DNA of 59,049 nucleotides, the filler included. It is 6 parts of 6 records of this genome, joined end to end, with 100 filler letters (N's around TTAATTAATTAA, not from the genome) between each part and the next. Parts side by side here need not be neighbours in the genome. Positions count along the whole stretch, not along the records: positions 50,595 to 59,049 come from SRR2962707_4653; 5 more parts are not named here. The stretch is one strand, 5' to 3'. A model generated the notes under the pieces. It made no database searches and had not been told where the DNA came from. It worked only from the letters and a program-made list of their open reading frames with translations. The position numbers and the translations under genes are program-made. Of this stretch, positions 54,784 to 59,049 are shown in pieces; position 1 is the first letter of the stretch; every line of letters starts with the position of its first letter.

Positions 54784-54860
54784 TAAGAGCGTTTCGGCAA
54801 CGCGACAAAACAAAGACTGAGAGCATTGAAGCGATTCAACGAAGCGCTGAAATGCTCAAG
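54784..54860. repeat. Shortened Rhizobiales intergenic palindromic element (RIME/Bru-RS-like)
   Basis: AGAGCGTTTC...CGCGACAAAACAAAG...GAGAGCATT..GCGATTC...GAAATGCTC; resembles recalled element ends. Confidence 0.5.
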
Positions 54861-54878
54861 AGATAAGGGTAGAGCCCC

Positions 54879-55283
54879 ATGGCACGCATACTGGTGGCCG
54901 AAGACGATGAAAATGTCCGCGCCTTCGTCACGCGCGCGCTCGAAATGAGCGGCCACGAAGTGATCGACGCGTCCGACGGCGGCCTCGCCCTCGAAATCGC
55001 CAACGAGCATAACGGAAATTTCGACCTTCTGGTCTCCGACATCAAGATGCCCGTCATGGACGGCATAGGCCTGGCCCTCGCCATCGGCGCCCAATACCCC
55101 GCCATGACCATCCTCCTGATGACCGGCTTCGCCGACCAACGCGAACGCGCCCACGGCCTCGACGCCCTGATCTACGACGTCCTCGGCAAACCCTTCTCCC
55201 TCGCCCAACTGATCGAAAAAATCGACGACGCGCTGACGGGGAAGCCAGCGGAGATTATTCCATTGGCACGCTCGGCGCTGTGA
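54879..55283 (+). CDS. Single-domain response regulator (CpdR-like)
   Basis: MARILVAEDD, SDIKMPVMDG, MTGFA, KPF. Confidence 0.9.
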   Translation: MARILVAEDDENVRAFVTRALEMSGHEVIDASDGGLALEIANEHNGNFDLLVSDIKMPVMDGIGLALAIGAQYPAMTILLMTGFADQRERAHGLDALIYDVLGKPFSLAQLIEKIDDALTGKPAEIIPLARSAL

Positions 55284-55429
55284 GCGCCGAGACCGAACAG
55301 TATCCGTCCCGCCGAAACGCCATCAAGGCGCTCCAGAACGCCGTGACCGAAGCCATCGAAAGCGGGAAACCGCAGCCATTCGATGCCGTGACCTTCAAAC
55401 GGCAAATGCGGGAGCGACCAAACGCCTAA
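55280..55429 (+). pseudogene. 49-aa mini-ORF resembling the C-terminal half of ParD-type antitoxins (remnant or minimal antitoxin)
   Basis: GTGA overlap with the upstream stop; translates MSAETEQYPSRRNAIKALQNAVTEAIESGKPQPFDAVTFKRQMRERPNA; absent from the ORF track. Confidence 0.55.
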
Positions 55430-55481
55430 CATCGGTCCTTCTATAGGCTAGGTTGCCAGTGTAAACTTGCGTCTTTGGCAG

Positions 55482-56504
55482 TTACGCTGGATCAACTTTG
55501 ACAGTTACCTTCGTGATATTGAACTTGGCAACTCCGCCGCCGACAGCCTTCGACGGGTCAAACAGCGCTAGGTTCATGCCGTCACTGACCGAGCTTCGAT
55601 AAACTACCCCATCATAGCCGTTCTTTTTGATGAATTCGCAGAGATACTGGCTAGGAACATAGTCGATAGCGGCCCCGCGGGGTTGAACCGGACGGGTCAA
55701 CTCATCCCCAAGCCGCTCCAGAAACGCAATATCGGCACGCAGCTGACCGATCGCGCTCGCATCCGCCAAAAGGAAGGGGGATACAAGCTGGCGCGGATTA
55801 CGTAGATCAACACCACGCAGCGGTATAGGAATCGTGAAATCGGCTACGCAGGCCACTTCGCCAGTGTGGGGCCGGATTTCGGCAGCAGCCGTCTCGGGCA
55901 TGGAACCGAGATACAGATATGGAATGCCGGGCGGATTCGCGCGCCCGTGCGATGCAAGACGCTTAGGCGGTGCGCCCATTTCGCCAATAGGGTGAGCCGC
56001 GCCGTTTGCCAGGATGCGCGCACGAAACCACTTGGCAGGCATGTCGTCGGTAGGCAAATGACCGAGCAATTCTCGGAGCCGGTCCGCGTCCAGAACCTCG
56101 TCCAAGAAATACCGGTTTTTCCACATCAGTTCATCTCGGAGATTTTCCCATTGCGCGAGGGCCTTACTGTCATAGGCGGACGACGGAACGAACGGCTTGC
56201 GAACGATATCGCCATCATCGAGAATCTCGGCGAGTAGCTCCTTCGAATGCGCTACGTCCATTGCAGCATGGCTAAACAGGTGCCAGTCCTCTTTCATCCA
56301 TTCGACTAGCGTCCTGCCGGCGGAATCGATCTCATAGACCCCCACGAGCAGCTCGAAGACGTCAGCGAGCGCGCGCGGTTCAACCAAGACGACGCCCTTC
56401 GATCTGCAGAAGTCGCAGTCCCCCGTTCCATGGCTGAGGGAAGGTATGATGTCGCGACGAAGGCCGCGATCGTCGAAGCATTCCGGGCAGCAGGACTTAG
56501 GCAT
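55482..56504 (-). CDS. RES-domain protein (NAD+-consuming toxin family) with a Cys4 N-terminal domain
   Basis: CCPECF...CDFC; FRAR, GRANPPGIPYLY, AAAEIRP, YVPSQYLCEFIK..GYDGVVYRSS. Confidence 0.9.
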   Translation of the reverse strand: MPKSCCPECFDDRGLRRDIIPSLSHGTGDCDFCRSKGVVLVEPRALADVFELLVGVYEIDSAGRTLVEWMKEDWHLFSHAAMDVAHSKELLAEILDDGDIVRKPFVPSSAYDSKALAQWENLRDELMWKNRYFLDEVLDADRLRELLGHLPTDDMPAKWFRARILANGAAHPIGEMGAPPKRLASHGRANPPGIPYLYLGSMPETAAAEIRPHTGEVACVADFTIPIPLRGVDLRNPRQLVSPFLLADASAIGQLRADIAFLERLGDELTRPVQPRGAAIDYVPSQYLCEFIKKNGYDGVVYRSSVSDGMNLALFDPSKAVGGGVAKFNITKVTVKVDPA

Positions 56505-56515
56505 GCTATTGCCCG

Positions 56516-57457
56516 CTATTTAGAGAAAAAGTCGACGAGCGTCTCGATGTGGTGGCGCATCGACAGCTTCTTGACCTGCCCCAGCCCAGGGAAATGGCCC
56601 TTTTCATGTAACTCGCGAAATTCGGCGATGGCTGTGCTAGAAAACAGCTTGGAAGTTCCCGAATCTAGTTGAGCGATCAGCTTTGCCAATGCCTGAGCAA
56701 ATTTACCGCCGGGGTCAGTTGGCGTGTCCCTTGTCGTCGACACGAAATGATAGATATACATCACCTCATCCTTGCCGGGATCAAGGAAAGTTAGGTGGAT
56801 CGCAACGGCATAGGCGGGGCCGCCCCCTTCTATATAGTCGTCGCCCACAATCAGGAAATCGCCGAACCCATCCATGTCTTCCTCCTCGAATGTGAGGTGG
56901 AGGTCTGAGAACAATTCGACAGGCGGATAATCGGCATTACGTCGGCGTTCGAATCCGTCGCGCAGAAGGACTCGCATTTTACTGCCCTTCAAGTGCTTGC
57001 GGTAGAGTTTGTGGCAGTGTCTTTCGAAGAAGACGTGTCGTGTTTCTGGCAGGTCACTACCGAGAGCTTCTGCCAGTGCCTTAGCTTCGGTAAAGCCCGC
57101 ATGAATGAATACAGGGCGATGCGCTTGGTGCTGGGAGTGACAGCCGACCGCCTCACCGACATTCATGTCATGGGTGAGCAAGATGCCTGCGCTTATGCCA
57201 TCCTTGTCTAGAAACCCATTCCCGAGCAGTGTCGAGATGCTCACACCGTCCTCGGCATGGTCACCGTGTGCCGGATTGATTATTACAATCGCCTCACCAC
57301 CGGCGTCGCATATCGCGGTCAGCGTACGCTCGAGCCCTTTAAGTGCCTCCCGCACCGGCTCAATAATGGGAACAAACCTCGATTCCGCCATCAGCGCAGC
57401 AGTCTCGCGAATGGCGATCAGCTCGAATTGCTTGCCGCGGAAATAGGGGTGGTACAT
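56516..57457 (-). CDS. sce7725-type / Beta-like protein
   Basis: MYHPYFRGKQFELIAIRE, PIIEPV, GFGDF, AVAIHLT, GLGQVKKLSMRHH; family assignment from memory. Confidence 0.8.
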   Translation of the reverse strand: MYHPYFRGKQFELIAIRETAALMAESRFVPIIEPVREALKGLERTLTAICDAGGEAIVIINPAHGDHAEDGVSISTLLGNGFLDKDGISAGILLTHDMNVGEAVGCHSQHQAHRPVFIHAGFTEAKALAEALGSDLPETRHVFFERHCHKLYRKHLKGSKMRVLLRDGFERRRNADYPPVELFSDLHLTFEEEDMDGFGDFLIVGDDYIEGGGPAYAVAIHLTFLDPGKDEVMYIYHFVSTTRDTPTDPGGKFAQALAKLIAQLDSGTSKLFSSTAIAEFRELHEKGHFPGLGQVKKLSMRHHIETLVDFFSK

Positions 57458-57460
57458 GTG

Positions 57461-58408
57461 CTAGGTCCAGGCCACGGTTGCGTCGAGCGGCGTATCAATC
57501 GCTTCAACGATACGGTCATGATCTGCGCGGCGCACTGGGATCGACAAGGCAGCGGCATGCAGCGAGCGCGGGAGGCTATCGAGAAGGCGAGCCAAAGGCG
57601 CGAGATCGCGGGTGCGCTTTAAGGTCCGCACCATTTGGTGATGAAGTACAACAGGATCAAGATCTGCGAACAGCGCCCGCATTGAGGCGTGGCGCTGTGT
57701 ATTGGGGACGTCAGGAACTGCGATGTCGAGCGCTTTCAGGACAGCCGCAGCTTCCGTTGACCTCAGTGATTCGAACACGGTAGCCGGGCAAATTCGTTCG
57801 GGGCAGTCCACCGCGTCGCGCACCATCGTAATGTGGTACCTGTGCGACAAGCACAAAATACCGACGTCCTCAGGAAGGACAAGCTGGACTCCGTCTACAT
57901 GGCGTTCGCTGACAACGACGTTCACCGAAGCGAACACACGTTTGTAGTTTTCAACTTGGTTAGCCAGACGAGAGAGCGAATCGCGTTCGGATTTGATCTC
58001 GTAAACGGTCGAAGTTCCGTTGAGAATGACAAGGTCGGCCTTGCATGATCCGGCACGAAATTCGTTGAGCATTGAGGCAGTACGCAACGAGTGTTTGCCC
58101 ATCAGGATCTTTTGGGTCAGCGCCGACCGGTATATGTATTCATCACGTAGCCCAGCAATCCGGAGAATCGAGAAGGCAGACTCGAAGGCGTCCCCTACTG
58201 TGGCCCCCTCCGCGCAACGCCCAGCGACGCGGGTCTCGTCGAGAAGACGACGGAACAACGCGGAACGCCCCTTCCGGGCCAGTTGCTGGAATACTGCCGA
58301 AGAAAACAAGCGCGTCAGCGCTGAAAGTTCTAATGTACCGACTGTCACCGTTCCCCCGATGCTGAGCCTGACGCGAAATCGCAACAGACTAACCTGCTTG
58401 CGCCACAA
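57461..58408 (-). CDS. sce7726-type PD-(D/E)xK nuclease-like protein
   Basis: RDEYIYR, NEF...KADLV...YEIKSERDSLSRL..QV..Y; alternative GTG start at 58348. Confidence 0.82.
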   Translation of the reverse strand: MWRKQVSLLRFRVRLSIGGTVTVGTLELSALTRLFSSAVFQQLARKGRSALFRRLLDETRVAGRCAEGATVGDAFESAFSILRIAGLRDEYIYRSALTQKILMGKHSLRTASMLNEFRAGSCKADLVILNGTSTVYEIKSERDSLSRLANQVENYKRVFASVNVVVSERHVDGVQLVLPEDVGILCLSHRYHITMVRDAVDCPERICPATVFESLRSTEAAAVLKALDIAVPDVPNTQRHASMRALFADLDPVVLHHQMVRTLKRTRDLAPLARLLDSLPRSLHAAALSIPVRRADHDRIVEAIDTPLDATVAWT

Positions 58409-58544
58409 GGCAAATCAATAATGCCGGCCTCTAAGCTGTGGCACCGCTTGTGGCTCCCAAATACGTCATCAAAAGAATTAGATTTCTCTAGAAGCAGACG
58501 TGTGGGAAACCACCAATATTAGCCCGTACCGGATTTAGGAGGTC

Positions 58545-59049
58545 TTAAGCCTCATCCCTCACCCACTCCGGCACACTATCCAGCCCAATCAACTCATCCA
58601 GCGTCTGCCGCGGTCTGATCGTGTGCCACTTGCCCCCATCGACAAGCACTTCGGCCACCAGCGGGCGCGTATTATAGGTCGAACTCATCACTGCCCCATA
58701 AGCCCCCGCACTCATCACCACCAAAAGATCACCCTCGGCCACCTCAGCGATGTCCCGGTCCAGCCCCAGATAATCGCCCGTCTCGCACACCGGCCCCACG
58801 ATATCGGCGTGGATGGTTTTGGCCCCCGCACCCGCTTCCTGCACCGGCAAAATGTCATGATGGGCCTCGTAAAGCGTTGGCCGGATCAGATCGTTCATGC
58901 CCGCATCGACGATCACAAAACTCTTCTTGTCGGTCCGCTTGACGTATTCGACCCGCGTCACCATCACCCCCGCATTGCCGGCAATCAGCCGACCTGGCTC
59001 AAGGATCAGCCGGCAGCCCAGCGGATCGACATGGCGGCGCATCAGATCG
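58545..59049 (-). CDS. lysA: Diaminopimelate decarboxylase, 3' part only
   Basis: LEPGRLI, DAGMNDLIRP.LY, VGPVCETGD, GAYGAVMSSTYNTRP. Confidence 0.96.
   Translation of the reverse strand, partial: DLMRRHVDPLGCRLILEPGRLIAGNAGVMVTRVEYVKRTDKKSFVIVDAGMNDLIRPTLYEAHHDILPVQEAGAGAKTIHADIVGPVCETGDYLGLDRDIAEVAEGDLLVVMSAGAYGAVMSSTYNTRPLVAEVLVDGGKWHTIRPRQTLDELIGLDSVPEWVRDEA

Noticed and set aside
53892-55208. 438-aa minus-strand ORF and similar long antisense ORFs (e.g. 15668-16717, 38272-39198, 47632-48591)
   Set aside because: Shadow frames of well-supported genes in GC-rich DNA, with no recognisable motifs

Overview
This window is not one locus. It is six unrelated contigs joined by 100-nt artificial spacers (N44-TTAATTAATTAA-N44) at 5676-5775, 16871-16970, 24739-24838, 41978-42077 and 50495-50594. 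(1) 1-5675, intron-rich microbial eukaryote: a 13-exon secreted Sip1/GH36-like glycosidase (with a 16-nt micro-exon and a GC-AG intron) and a 4-exon mitochondrial-type membrane protein. (2) 5776-16870, Rhodobacteraceae-like: tRNA 5' fragment, pha/mrp antiporter operon, ppx-rlmE and a folate/methyl-transfer cluster. (3) 16971-24738, eukaryote: a large coiled-coil gene and an 11-exon kinesin-1-like gene. (4) 24839-41977, Rhizobiales-like core region: recA, pseudouridine kinase/psuG, brnA, a CGTC-type REP, ompA, cckA, fliO-like, dksA, sixA, ycjXF, folKBP, DUF922, a candidate sRNA, FNR and ferredoxin. (5) 42078-50494, gammaproteobacterium (Alcanivorax-like): RegB/RegA-type pair, tamAB, PaaI thioesterase and proS. 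(6) 50595-59049, Devosiaceae/Rhizobiales-like: tRNA-Arg fragment, a LexA-boxed small gene, plsC, ftsXE, a zinc-ribbon protein, a CpdR-like regulator and lysA. Inserted in contig 6 is a tight three-gene cassette (PD-(D/E)xK nuclease of sce7726 type, Beta-like sce7725-type protein, Zn-finger RES-domain protein) with a truncated ParD-like mini-ORF at its edge. This cassette is the best candidate for an undescribed anti-phage or toxin-antitoxin system. Taxonomic and family labels come from motif recognition only; no searches were run.
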